Virus record (IMG/VR): IMGVR_UViG_3300037502_003155 | Location: 1-64,000 of that record | Origin: a virus | Length of the DNA: 64,000 nucleotides | Strand: one strand, 5' to 3' | Part shown: in pieces, positions 10,136 through 19,665 of the stretch | Layout: every line of letters begins with the position of its first letter | How positions within the stretch are numbered: position 1 is the stretch's first letter | Program-made: the position numbers and the translations under genes | The notes under the pieces: model-generated | The model's database searches: none | What the model saw: the letters and a program-made list of their open reading frames with translations, nothing else | What the model was told of the DNA's origin: nothing

Positions 10136-10531
10136 CTACTGGCGAGGCTTTCTAGGTACTCCACCACCGCTTTTTTGTGCAGGGTTGGGCGTCCATGCTT
10201 TGCACAAATCCCTGAGGTGTTTTACCAGGGCTCCCGTTTCGCTATGATGCCGAACAACGGTGCCATCTGCATCGATCATTAGCACTGGATTGTTTGTGCC
10301 GTTGCACTGAATCGGGCCTTTGATTTGTGCCGCAACGGCCTGATTTTTTTCGTCTTCGTCAATGTTGTAAGCTACTGCAATAGCACAACATTCGTCTTCG
10401 TAGACAACAGCAAATTCAAAGTCTTTCGTTACGACGCCTGTAATCCGGTTAACTAGGTTGCTGGCATCGCAGGCACATTGTCCTAGCTTGTAAACCATGG
10501 TGCGGATTTCATCGATGTTGTAGTTGATCAT
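10136..10531 (-). CDS. hypothetical protein
   Basis: ORF coupled to upstream gene (ATGA overlap). Confidence 0.55.
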   Translation of the reverse strand: MINYNIDEIRTMVYKLGQCACDASNLVNRITGVVTKDFEFAVVYEDECCAIAVAYNIDEDEKNQAVAAQIKGPIQCNGTNNPVLMIDADGTVVRHHSETGALVKHLRDLCKAWTPNPAQKSGGGVPRKPRQ

Positions 10532-10839
10532 AGGTTTGCCTTCCTGTAGTCTTCGTAATCTTCAATCGTTTGGAAATCTCTAGGCTCAACCGGAAGCCCC
10601 AGCCACGGCAGGCTAGATGTGCTTAGCTCAGTAGGCTTAAATCGACGATCCGGCCTAGCCAGCACAATCTCAACTGTTTGCCACAGGCAGCAGTAGCCAC
10701 CGGGGGCTTTTGAGCTTATCGTCGCCACTGGCATACCGTACCCGCCAAACTGGCACCGCAGGCCATTGGGTAGATAAGCATACTCGTTTTCACAAATCGC
10801 CTTGCGGCGATTTACGGGGGTTTCATTCTTCATGGTCAC
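10528..10839 (-). CDS. hypothetical protein
   Basis: 103-aa ORF in operon. Confidence 0.55.
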   Translation of the reverse strand: MTMKNETPVNRRKAICENEYAYLPNGLRCQFGGYGMPVATISSKAPGGYCCLWQTVEIVLARPDRRFKPTELSTSSLPWLGLPVEPRDFQTIEDYEDYRKANL

Positions 10840-11085
10840 AAAGGGGCTATCTCACAATCCAGTCCACTAAATCCAATCCAGGATGGGCCTTGGCAATATG
10901 GCCCTCAAGGTGCGACGCCATTCGGTACGCTGGCAGCACCGCCTCGCCCTCAACGCTATCAACCACGTCATAGCCCGCGTCATCCACGAGCAGCACGCCC
11001 GCTTGATTATGTTTAAAGCGTTAATTGTTTTTTGTTAGTTGGCTGGCGCGGGGTGGTACCCGGTAAAACGCCACCATTTTTTTGC

Positions 11086-11544
11086 CTAAAATTCTTCGTT
11101 GCAGGCCATGACGGATACGGGGGCCACACTTAGGCGAATCCCTGAAACCTCCCATCCGTCGGCCATAGCCTTCTTCACGGCCTTGGATTCGTAGATCCCT
11201 GCAAAGCAATGGGCTTCTACCAATTCGTAATCACGCTCATGGTCTGAGTAGCAATCTGGGATGCCGTCGATATAGTCGCAGCGGGTAAATTCTCGGCACA
11301 ATTCCACCACCCAAAAACGCAGCTTTGGCGCGATAGGTGGGGAGGGTGCCAAATCCACAATTTTGTAGCCCGCCACGGCTAACCCATGGCGGGCCATCGA
11401 CACATCTTGCAGCCGCGCAATTTCGCCGCCACCGCCAGCAGGGATATACCCCTGCTGAACGGTGATGGCAACCTTGCGGCCCGTAACGGCCAGCGTGGCC
11501 ATGTAAGTACGCCCCTCGTAGCGGGGCTTGGTCAGAGTGTTCAT
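11086..11544 (-). CDS. hypothetical protein
   Basis: ATG at 11544 preceded by a CCAACCAAC leader; first gene of leftward early operon. Confidence 0.6.
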   Translation of the reverse strand: MNTLTKPRYEGRTYMATLAVTGRKVAITVQQGYIPAGGGGEIARLQDVSMARHGLAVAGYKIVDLAPSPPIAPKLRFWVVELCREFTRCDYIDGIPDCYSDHERDYELVEAHCFAGIYESKAVKKAMADGWEVSGIRLSVAPVSVMACNEEF

Positions 11545-11687
11545 AGTGTTAATTGTCTTTCGTTGGTTGGCGGGCTTGGTGATGCCCTGGGTAAAAGTAT
11601 AACACGCCAACATGTAGCACATCAATATTGACTATTGGCGACGATAGGCGTTATTCTTGACGTGTCCAGTCCTGTATTATTTGGAGG

Positions 11688-11930
11688 ATGGGTATGGGTC
11701 TAACCTTGACTATTCGCAATCGAATTAGGCAGTTTGTTGACGAGCGGGGTCTGACGGTCTACCGCTTGATTAAGGACACTGGAATTAGCGGTACCACTGG
11801 GTATGCCCTTGCAAAGCACCCAGATCGCATTCCTGATTCAACGACAATGGACGCTATCTGCCGGACGTACAAATGTCAGCCAGGAGCGTTTATTGAGTAC
11901 GTTCCAGATGAAGTGAGCGGGAATGCTTAA
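11688..11930 (+). CDS. Cro/CI-type HTH regulator
   Basis: LTVYRLIKDTGIS..T.Y.L HTH; lies at the divergence point of the early operons. Confidence 0.85.
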   Translation: MGMGLTLTIRNRIRQFVDERGLTVYRLIKDTGISGTTGYALAKHPDRIPDSTTMDAICRTYKCQPGAFIEYVPDEVSGNA

Positions 11931-11970
11931 CCCCGCCGAGACTTAAGAACCACCAACCAACAAAAGCAAA

Positions 11971-12411
11971 ATGACCAAACAACCCCTAAGCACCGACGAG
12001 GTGCGCCAACTTGCAACGGTCTATGCCCTGGAATGCCGAGAGGCCAAACGCCGCCCCACGATGGCGGAGATGAGCCGACGCCTAGGCAAGCACACTCGCT
12101 GGTTAACCGCGAGGGCAGGGCAGTCAATCAGATCAGAGATAGTGCGTGCCGAGGTGGTCAAAGCCTGGATACAGGCAGGAACGCCCCCCGCTGTGTTGCC
12201 CCCACCCTCTGACGGCAACACCGATGATCTGGTATCTCCATCAATGAGCAAAACCCCTATCAAGGGAGAGGCTCTACACAGGGTACTGAGTGACCCTGAC
12301 TGTCTGCGTCAGTTTTGCAGCTTATCCGAATCCTTTGGCATCGAAACCGCCTTGCGCTATGCACAGCAATGGTGGGAGCGCGTTTATGCCCCAAAGGAAT
12401 CCGCACGTTAG
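11971..12411 (+). CDS. hypothetical protein (possible HTH)
   Basis: TMAEMSRRLGKHTRWL helix-turn-helix-like segment. Confidence 0.55.
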   Translation: MTKQPLSTDEVRQLATVYALECREAKRRPTMAEMSRRLGKHTRWLTARAGQSIRSEIVRAEVVKAWIQAGTPPAVLPPPSDGNTDDLVSPSMSKTPIKGEALHRVLSDPDCLRQFCSLSESFGIETALRYAQQWWERVYAPKESAR

Positions 12412-12437
12412 TTACCACCCAACCAACGATTAACACC

Positions 12438-12626
12438 ATGACCAACACAAACCTTGCATCCCGCATTGTCGCGGGAGTGCAATCTGCTAGCCCTGAACTG
12501 CTAGCGGATCTATCCCTATGCATCACCCTAGCCGCAGAGGCCCACCCTAGCGAGGCCGCTGCCTATTGGCTGTCCATCGCCGCTGAAATGCGCAGCACAT
12601 CCTACGAACGGAGGACGGGGGCATGA
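12438..12626 (+). CDS. hypothetical protein
   Basis: ATG at 12438 after a CA-rich leader; overlaps rusA start. Confidence 0.5.
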   Translation: MTNTNLASRIVAGVQSASPELLADLSLCITLAAEAHPSEAAAYWLSIAAEMRSTSYERRTGA

Positions 12627-13045
12627 TTGAGTTCACAATCCCCACCGTTCCCGTAGCCCAGCCTCGGCAGCGCCATGCTGTACATGGGGGCCACGTTCGC
12701 AACTACATCCCCAAGGACAATCCCGTGTGGGCATTCAAGGCCGCTGCCCAGGTTGCCGTTGCCAATGCTTACCAAGGGGCACCGCTCGACCATCCCCTGA
12801 GGGTAGATGTGGTGTTTGTCATGCCACGGCCTAAGTCAATGGTCTGGAAACGTCGCCCAATGCCCCGTGAACCATTCGGCAAAAAGCCCGACCGGGACAA
12901 CCTAGAGAAGTCGCTTTACGATGCGCTGAACGGTTTGCTATGGCGGGATGATTCGCTGATCTGCGATGGCAGGGTACAGAAGGTCTACGCCGCTGGCGAC
13001 GAGCAACCCCATGTCGAGGTCGTTGTTAGCGAGGCCACCGCATGA
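12623..13045 (+). CDS. rusA: RusA Holliday junction resolvase
   Basis: KPDxDNLxKxxxDALNG..WxDD motif. Confidence 0.92.
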   Translation: MIEFTIPTVPVAQPRQRHAVHGGHVRNYIPKDNPVWAFKAAAQVAVANAYQGAPLDHPLRVDVVFVMPRPKSMVWKRRPMPREPFGKKPDRDNLEKSLYDALNGLLWRDDSLICDGRVQKVYAAGDEQPHVEVVVSEATA

Positions 13046-13404
13046 CCTCTCATGCAAGACGCATCGCCCGCCCACGATGGGAGCCTGAAGCCGTCGCATG
13101 GCTCCAGGAATACGCCCCACAGATGGGTTTTGCCAAACTGGTTGATCGCTTTGGTCATGCCGCACGGCAAAACGCATGGAAGCCACGAACAAGCCCCGCT
13201 CTGACAATGAAATTGTTTGATTTGGGACTAGAAACTAATCGCCGCGTCATCAACTTGGACACTGGCGAGGTATACCCTGCGGTCAAGAATGCAGCCAAGG
13301 CCGTAGGGCGCAAGCCGGAATCAATACGTTCAGCCATCCGTGGAGGCGGTACCTGCGCTAGCTACCGCTGGGCTTACGTTGACGATCTGGAGGACGCCGC
13401 ATGA
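13042..13404 (+). CDS. NUMOD1-like DNA-binding protein
   Basis: VINLDTGEVYP.V..AA......I...I..GG...YRWAY. Confidence 0.7.
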   Translation: MTSHARRIARPRWEPEAVAWLQEYAPQMGFAKLVDRFGHAARQNAWKPRTSPALTMKLFDLGLETNRRVINLDTGEVYPAVKNAAKAVGRKPESIRSAIRGGGTCASYRWAYVDDLEDAA

Positions 13405-13730
13405 CTCTGGCCTTCAGCTTTGGCCCGTGGGGTGGCTTCTACCTTCACACGGGTTACACCTTTCGTATTTGCCTAGGGTGGGTTGCCATCACCTTTTTGC
13501 CTGTTGATTTTGATTATTTACTGGAGATTTCCATGCTCGATCCCGCCATCATCACAGCCCTGTATAGGGTAGCCGACTGTGCCGCTGCCATTACCGAAAC
13601 GGCCTACCACGATGACACCGAAGACCCCACACGCCGCACCATTGGCGAGGCTGATTATGTGGCCCTGCACAATGCTCTGGCCGTGCTAGAGGCGCTAGAA
13701 GCGGCGGCTAAACAGGAGGTGCAGGAATAA
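13401..13730 (+). CDS. hypothetical protein
   Basis: ORF coupled to both neighbours. Confidence 0.5.
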   Translation: MTLAFSFGPWGGFYLHTGYTFRICLGWVAITFLPVDFDYLLEISMLDPAIITALYRVADCAAAITETAYHDDTEDPTRRTIGEADYVALHNALAVLEALEAAAKQEVQE

Positions 13731-14443
13731 TGTACACCAGCAATTGCGCGTATTGCGGCACTCAATTTACGTCTTTACGACCTAGAGAATGTTGCCAGCG
13801 GTCTTGCTCAGGCAAACTCAATCATCAACGACTAGGAACCGACTGGTCTCAAGATGCAGAGTTGTGGTTAGAACAAAAAGCAGGAACTATGCCTCTACCA
13901 AATTTAACCGCAGCCTACAACCGGTCGGCAGTTCAATATGGCTGGGCTAATAGAAGCTTAAATTCCATAAAGCTTAAGCTCAAGCGGCTAAATCTTAGCC
14001 GCAAGTGTACAGAGAACAACATCACTCGCTATGAGTTGGCCAGGGTGCTAGAGATTTCCCCTGACAAGGTACGTGTCTGGACAAAGAATGGATTGCCGTA
14101 TCGCAAAGTAGCCCGCAATCAAACCGCCATAAAAATCAGCGATGTTCGTGCGTTTTTGCTGAACAATCCTAGTCGGGCTTTTGGCGTATCTTTTGATGGG
14201 CTGTCGTGGCTGATTGGTGAAATTGATGCAACCGCTATTTGCGAAGCAGACCATTCTCGGAGAGGACATCGTCGCCCCGTTGTAAATCTGGATACGGGAA
14301 AGGTTTACCCCGGCGTTAAGGCAGCAGCCCGAGAAAACTATCTTACTCACAACTGTATTGCACAATCAATTCAGAGGGGAGGCCGGAGTGGCGGTTGCAG
14401 ATGGGCCTACATTGATCAAATGGAGGAACAACGTCATGCCTAA
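13730..14443 (+). CDS. Zn-finger/HTH/NUMOD1-like DNA-binding protein
   Basis: CAYC..CC..C; ELARVLEIS HTH; C-terminal VVNLDTGKVYP..RWAY; paralog of 13042. Confidence 0.7.
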   Translation: MYTSNCAYCGTQFTSLRPRECCQRSCSGKLNHQRLGTDWSQDAELWLEQKAGTMPLPNLTAAYNRSAVQYGWANRSLNSIKLKLKRLNLSRKCTENNITRYELARVLEISPDKVRVWTKNGLPYRKVARNQTAIKISDVRAFLLNNPSRAFGVSFDGLSWLIGEIDATAICEADHSRRGHRRPVVNLDTGKVYPGVKAAARENYLTHNCIAQSIQRGGRSGGCRWAYIDQMEEQRHA

Positions 14444-14714
14444 GGCCATAAAGCCCGTAGCCAACCTTGACGAACTCCTAGATGCCACAGTAGATCTCGA
14501 GTCCGGCCATCCCATTGAGGCCGTCTTGGCCCAGCACGGTATCCCAGCACGGCATAGCGCCTACGATGTGGTGCGCCGATACCAAAAGAATTTGGCCTAC
14601 TACGAAGGGTCTACAACCACCGTGTATCAAACGATGTGGCTCAATGCCTGCAAGGAACTAGAGCCTGTAATTAAGGCCATTGCAAAGCATCTGGAGGAAC
14701 AGCACCATGACTAA
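14436..14714 (+). CDS. hypothetical protein
   Basis: ATG with GGAGG SD. Confidence 0.55.
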   Translation: MPKAIKPVANLDELLDATVDLESGHPIEAVLAQHGIPARHSAYDVVRRYQKNLAYYEGSTTTVYQTMWLNACKELEPVIKAIAKHLEEQHHD

Positions 14715-15096
14715 AGGCTTTGCACCACCTCGCCCATGGCAATGCCGGATCTACCAAGGTCAGCGCATCCACACCAGCCTGAAGATCGGCACGGTGGACG
14801 GCACCACCATCACCCGCAGCAATGCCCTGAAAACAGCCAAGATCGTCACAGCATTGTTGCAAGAGCCGACCAATACCGACTACCAATGTGGCCTAGCCCG
14901 ACAAAAAAGGATGAACGCCATCATACATCAAATTGCCTACGCTGCCCTTACCTTGGGGGTTGCCGTCGCCCTCGCTTTGCCCGTGGAAGCCACCACACGC
15001 CGAGGGTGTGATGACGTAACTGATCCCCTGTGCGTGCCCTTTGGGGCTACGGAGGGCGATGAACAGGGCAGTGCCCAGCGGGGTACTGGCCGCTAG
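14707..15096 (+). CDS. hypothetical protein with one hydrophobic helix
   Basis: GGAGG SD; IAYAALTLGVAVALAL. Confidence 0.5.
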   Translation: MTKGFAPPRPWQCRIYQGQRIHTSLKIGTVDGTTITRSNALKTAKIVTALLQEPTNTDYQCGLARQKRMNAIIHQIAYAALTLGVAVALALPVEATTRRGCDDVTDPLCVPFGATEGDEQGSAQRGTGR

Positions 15097-15163
15097 GCTC
15101 GATGCACGTAACCGGGAGTCGTGCCCCGGTGCTGCCAGCCCACAGCGTTAGCGAGGCAGATCA

Positions 15164-15415
15164 ATGACCACCGATGTTTTATCAGTCAGGACAATGGACA
15201 TTGATGTTAAAAGCCGATGGATTGCTGGAGGTGTTTTAGATGACGGGCAAACGATTGCCTACCCTGCGGTTTATAGCCGAGAAGAGGCTTGGGCCTTCGT
15301 CGCGGAACACTACCCAGGGCGTTGCCTAGTCCGCCATATTAGGGCCACCGTTGACAACATGCCAGCGCAAATGAGCGCTGGCGAAATACCACTGTTTTTT
15401 AGTTCACTGGATTAA
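15164..15415 (+). CDS. hypothetical protein (moron-like)
   Basis: ORF bracketed by a ~22-bp direct repeat. Confidence 0.5.
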   Translation: MTTDVLSVRTMDIDVKSRWIAGGVLDDGQTIAYPAVYSREEAWAFVAEHYPGRCLVRHIRATVDNMPAQMSAGEIPLFFSSLD

Positions 15416-15480
15416 CCGCCCGCCGCCAGCCCACAGCGTAGCGAGGGCATACCGATGAATAAACCAACAAGGACAAACGT

Positions 15481-16281
15481 ATGAGCGACGATATTGTTTT
15501 GCATGAAGGGGCCGGAGTATCCGGCGGGCTTCAGATCCGCACCATGGACGACCTTAGCCGAGTGGCCAAAATGTTGGCTATGTCCAAGTTTTTCAGCGAT
15601 GCCGCTGACGCTGCTCAGTGTGGCGTCAAGGTGCTGGCAGGTGCCGAGATGGGCTTTGGTGCCTTTGCCTCGATGACGGGCATCAACATCATCAAGGGGA
15701 AGCCCAGCATCGGGGCTAACCTGATGGCGGCGGCGGTGAAGCGCCACCCTAATTACAACTATCGGGTTTTGGAGCATACCCCCGAAGTGTGCCGCATTGC
15801 ATTCTATGAACGTTGGGACGGCAAGTTGGAGCAGGTAGGGGTAAGCGAATTTACCCTAGCTGACGCCAAAAAAGCAGGCACTCAAAATCTAGAAAAGTTT
15901 GCCCGCAACATGCTTTTTGCCCGCGCCATGAGCAACGGTGTGCGGTGGTATTGCCCCGATGTGTTTGACTCCCCCGTGTACACCCCTGAGGAGTTAGGGG
16001 CCAATGTAGACGGAGAGGGCAATTATGTAGATGTGCAGGTATTGGAACCGGAAACGGCCCCGACGCCCCTGCGAGTGGCAGAGAACCACCTCGAGGAGCA
16101 GGTGGCCGAAATCATCCGCTACGGCATGGAGAACGGGCTAGAGGTAGACCGAATCCGCGCACTATGCCGCAAGAGCAACCTGCCCGACACCAAAACGGGC
16201 TACACCAACTCCGCCCAGGTAACGACCCTGGCGCAACTGATTGAAGACGAAATTAACCTAGCCACCACGGAGGCCGCTTAA
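15481..16281 (+). CDS. RecT/Sak-like single-strand annealing recombinase
   Basis: G.E.G......I..I.GKP, RNMLFARA.S...R..CPD....YTPEEL; adjacent to ssb. Confidence 0.8.
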   Translation: MSDDIVLHEGAGVSGGLQIRTMDDLSRVAKMLAMSKFFSDAADAAQCGVKVLAGAEMGFGAFASMTGINIIKGKPSIGANLMAAAVKRHPNYNYRVLEHTPEVCRIAFYERWDGKLEQVGVSEFTLADAKKAGTQNLEKFARNMLFARAMSNGVRWYCPDVFDSPVYTPEELGANVDGEGNYVDVQVLEPETAPTPLRVAENHLEEQVAEIIRYGMENGLEVDRIRALCRKSNLPDTKTGYTNSAQVTTLAQLIEDEINLATTEAA

Positions 16282-16283
16282 CC

Positions 16284-16679
16284 ATGCCCGCAGAAGCTAC
16301 TAACTACAACAGTGTTCAATTGATCGGCAACCTGGGGGCAGACCCCGAGGTTAAATTCTTCGACTCTGGCTCCCGTGTTGCAGAATGCCGAATTGCCGTT
16401 TATGCGGGGAAAGACAAGTCTACGGGAGAGAATAAGCCCTCGATGTGGTTCACGGTCAAGGCTTGGAATGCCTGCGCCGATGACTTGATGGACTTACGCA
16501 AGGGGGATCGACTCCAAGTAGTTGAGGGGCAACTTTCCCAGGACGCTTGGCAAGATCGGGAAACCGGAGCCAAGCGTAGCAAGGACTATGTGTTGGCCTG
16601 GAAAGTAGCCAAGGTTGAACGGCAACCACGGGAAGCCCAACCCGCCGCCGCTACCAACTACGACGACATCCCTTTCTAA
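16284..16679 (+). CDS. ssb: single-stranded DNA-binding protein
   Basis: LIGNLGADPE, KGD..V.G.L, C-terminal DDIPF. Confidence 0.95.
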   Translation: MPAEATNYNSVQLIGNLGADPEVKFFDSGSRVAECRIAVYAGKDKSTGENKPSMWFTVKAWNACADDLMDLRKGDRLQVVEGQLSQDAWQDRETGAKRSKDYVLAWKVAKVERQPREAQPAAATNYDDIPF

Positions 16680-16750
16680 CCCCACACCCTAGCCCCACAC
16701 CAGCCCCGGCACTCGCTGGGGCTTTGCTGTTTACCCAACCAAGGGACACT

Positions 16751-17434
16751 ATGCTAGTCGCGATTGTTGACGTTGAAACCACAGGATTGAACCCCGAAAC
16801 CGATGCAGTGATTGAGGTTGCCGCCATCCTGTATAGCACTGAACACCGAGCCATCTTGCAGCAGGCTTCTACGCTGTTGCCCGTGGCGGCGAACCCTGCC
16901 GAGACGGTGAATGGAATATCTCTGGACATGGTTAATGCAAGCAACAACCATGCCTGGGACTCCCAAGATTCGATCACGGATGCCATCGTTGAAATGATGG
17001 AGGATAGCGCCTACATTGTTGCCTTCAATTCTGATTTTGATCAGTCGTTCATTGAAACCATGGGCGACACGGCTTGGCAAGTAGAAACACCCTGGGCAGA
17101 CGCCGCTGCCATCACCTACCCCCGTATGGGCCACAAGCGCGATCTGGTGAACATTGCCCTCGCCAACGGTATCCCCATTGTCAATGCCCACCGGGCCTTA
17201 GACGATTGCAGAATCCTTGCTGAGCTACTGAGCAAGGTGCCTGACCTGGATGAGCAGCTAGCTAGAGCGGCACGGTCTAAGGCGACGGTTAAGGCGCTGG
17301 TGAGCTACAACCAAAGAGACCTCGCCAAGGCGGCTGGCTTTATATGGGATGCCATTGTACCCCGTGCATGGGCTAAACGGATGCCCCTTGAGGATGCGGA
17401 AGCACTGCCCTTCCCCGTGGAGGTGGTAGGCTAA
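16751..17434 (+). CDS. DnaQ-like 3'-5' exonuclease (DEDDh)
   Basis: DVETTG, AFNxxFD, AHRALDD. Confidence 0.92.
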   Translation: MLVAIVDVETTGLNPETDAVIEVAAILYSTEHRAILQQASTLLPVAANPAETVNGISLDMVNASNNHAWDSQDSITDAIVEMMEDSAYIVAFNSDFDQSFIETMGDTAWQVETPWADAAAITYPRMGHKRDLVNIALANGIPIVNAHRALDDCRILAELLSKVPDLDEQLARAARSKATVKALVSYNQRDLAKAAGFIWDAIVPRAWAKRMPLEDAEALPFPVEVVG

Positions 17435-17457
17435 GCCCAACAACAACCACACACAAT

Positions 17458-17493
17458 AAACCCCCAGTACCGCAAGGCGCTGGGGGCTTTTTG
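17458..17493. terminator. bidirectional terminator between convergent operons
   Basis: AAACCCCCAG...CTGGGGGCTTTTT. Confidence 0.65.
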
Positions 17494-17897
17494 TTGGGGT
17501 GGGGTTAGGGTTCAAAAACTGTTACTGGGAATGCGCCTCTTCCTGGTTTGTGGCAAAAATGAAGCCGTGCCATCCTCATGCATATCAAAAACTTCCGGCA
17601 AATCATCCATCACCCAACCCTCCTAGGATCAATCGTTTTTATCTCATCCTTAACCCCCAACCGCCGCCACTTGGCCCGCTCCAATGCCGCCGCCTTTTGG
17701 CTATAACCCTCGGCGGTAACATGGCCATCGGGCGAAACCATCACCACCCGGAACACGTCGCCTAGTTCCGTTGCTAGGGCCATGAGTGCCTGGGCCGCAT
17801 CATCGCCTAGGTGTCGGGTGTTCAGCCCCGCTTGGGCCTCAGAAACGCAGGCGGGGTTTTTACGTGCCTGGGTTAGTCCCCTCCCCAGGGCTTCTAT

Positions 17898-18476
17898 CTA
17901 GGCTAGTGCGGCGATCATCTCGGCTTTGGATAGGTGGCGACCTTGCCCGTGGGCATTCCGCCATTTCACCCCAGCGGCCTGGCAACGGCAGCGCAATTCG
18001 GCACTGGTCACGGGCTTGGGTGCCTCCACCTTGACCACAGCGACGGCCACGGGTTGGCTGATGGTAGCGGCCATGTCGGGGTAGTGCTGGTTGGTGGCAG
18101 GGCTGAAGGGGTCAGATTCGACCATTTTCCCGGCGTCGGGAATATGGTCGGCGGGGAGGCAGGCGGCAACCTCCAGCCGTTCGGGCAAGCTCGGCAGGTC
18201 GTCCTCGAGGGCGATGGCGGGAAGCTGCTGGGCAGCGATGAACCATTCCCAGGCTGCGCGGGTCAGCATCCCGGCCCCGATGGCGTAGCACATCACCACG
18301 CCGATGATGGTGCCGATGTCCTCGTAGCGGCGGACGGCTTCAGGGCCGATAAAGGTGTTGACGTACCAGTGATAGGTGGCCTCGGTCTTGGCGGTGGCGA
18401 CTTCAGAGAACTGATACCAGCGCTCGGCGGCGAGGGCGATATTGTCGATAGCGTTAATAGGTGCGGCGTAAGTCAT
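17898..18476 (-). CDS. hypothetical protein, C-terminal LEM/Rho-N-like motif
   Basis: ATG at 18476; AELR..C...G.......LSKAEMIAAL. Confidence 0.55.
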   Translation of the reverse strand: MTYAAPINAIDNIALAAERWYQFSEVATAKTEATYHWYVNTFIGPEAVRRYEDIGTIIGVVMCYAIGAGMLTRAAWEWFIAAQQLPAIALEDDLPSLPERLEVAACLPADHIPDAGKMVESDPFSPATNQHYPDMAATISQPVAVAVVKVEAPKPVTSAELRCRCQAAGVKWRNAHGQGRHLSKAEMIAALA

Positions 18477-18539
18477 CGATTTCAAAGCTCCAAAATCTTG
18501 TGGTGAGGTGGCCCCTGTAGCGGTGGGGCCTACCTTATT

Positions 18540-18619
18540 GGCGTGGCTGCTGCTATTCCAGCCTGTCACCCATGCAACGCTTGGGGGGCGTTCCCGCTGC
18601 TGTTCCGGGACTGTCACCC
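18540..18619 (-). ncRNA. tandem structured leader RNA motif
   Basis: two units GGGTGACAG-stem-GAAYAGCAG-stem-ACGCC with different but paired stems, downstream of a TTGACA promoter. Confidence 0.45.
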
Positions 18620-18674
18620 TATTTGTATTCCGCCGGGGGGCGGCTGGTAGGCCGTGTTGCCTGCCGATGTAATA

Positions 18675-18704
18675 ACAATAACTGCCCCCCGGTTATCCTG
18701 TCAA
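18675..18704 (-). promoter_or_regulatory. sigma70-type promoter
   Basis: TTGACA-N18-TATTGT. Confidence 0.6.
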
Positions 18705-18889
18705 CCCTTTTCTGAAATTTTTTTCAAAACCAGAACTTCGCCCTTGGCAATAGCGTCCAAAAGCTTGCTAACGCTAGGGCGTGAATTGTAGGTATAGCCT
18801 AGGGTCTGGGCGATATTGGCAAGGGCCAAAGGCGTATCGGTATCTACTCTGGGCTTAATGGTTGTGCGATTTTCTTTGCGGCGGGGCAT
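18701..18889 (-). CDS. small RHH-like regulator
   Basis: beta-strand then helices (TIKPRV...SVSKLLDAIA). Confidence 0.55.
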   Translation of the reverse strand: MPRRKENRTTIKPRVDTDTPLALANIAQTLGYTYNSRPSVSKLLDAIAKGEVLVLKKISEKG

Positions 18890-18938
18890 GGCGAGAATAC
18901 GTTAAACTGTACCCCAGTTATAGCAGAGAGGACGCCCA

Positions 18939-19091
18939 ATGAGAACCCGTAAGGAACGCGCCACTGATCTCGCCACCATGCAGCAGACGGTGGCAGAAGC
19001 CCAGGCCCAAGCCGATGCTATGCAGCGCAAGATGGAGCAGCAGCTACGAGAATTGGGGGACGCCAAGGCCATGATCGAGGAGTGCTGGTAG
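18939..19091 (+). CDS. small coiled-coil protein (50 aa)
   Basis: MRTRKERATDLATMQQTV...EECW*, GAGG SD, followed by a hairpin; below the ORF-track cutoff. Confidence 0.45.
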   Translation: MRTRKERATDLATMQQTVAEAQAQADAMQRKMEQQLRELGDAKAMIEECW

Positions 19092-19297
19092 CCTACGCAT
19101 AGCTCCAACAACAAAACCCCCGGCACCACACGGCACCGGGGGTTTGTGTTAGTCATCTTCCAGAGTCTCCCAAGACAGCTTCTCAGCGTAAGCTTTGACT
19201 TGGGCCACGATACGCTTTGGGACTCGCATCGTGGTGAGAAGTTCACCTGGGGGGTAGGGTGAGTGGCCTCGCCCACCCCGGCTGTAGTCGCGGCCCT

Positions 19298-19603
19298 TTA
19301 TGCGGGCACTTTTGGGATTTCTACCACAGTCCCCACGGGGGGGGCGGTGCGGCTGTGGCGGGAAGTGACGACAGCACCGCCTAGACGAGGGTCGAAGGTG
19401 CCGACCCATTGAGTGGTGTGGTAATGATGGGCAAGGGCGGCGTAGAGCCACACAGGCCCACGTCCAGAGATGACTACGCCTTTGGTGCCGTCCACGTCGG
19501 GCGGGTTGAGGGTAGCAAGGTCTGCGGGTTCGCAGACCCCGCCGGGGATCTCGAACTCAAGCAGGGTCGCCCCTGCGAAGGGAGTGGTAGTGAACTGAAT
19601 CAT
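19298..19603 (-). CDS. csx3: Csx3/Crn3 cyclic-oligoadenylate ring nuclease, phage-encoded
   Basis: GVVISGRGPVWLY..LAHHYH...W...FDPRLGGAVV..RHS signature; AAGGAGG SD before ATG 19603. Confidence 0.88.
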   Translation of the reverse strand: MIQFTTTPFAGATLLEFEIPGGVCEPADLATLNPPDVDGTKGVVISGRGPVWLYAALAHHYHTTQWVGTFDPRLGGAVVTSRHSRTAPPVGTVVEIPKVPA

Positions 19604-19665
19604 GCTGCCTCCTTGGGCTGGTTGGGTGTGCAGGGCTTTACCTGCGGGGCTTGAGAGCGGTGACA

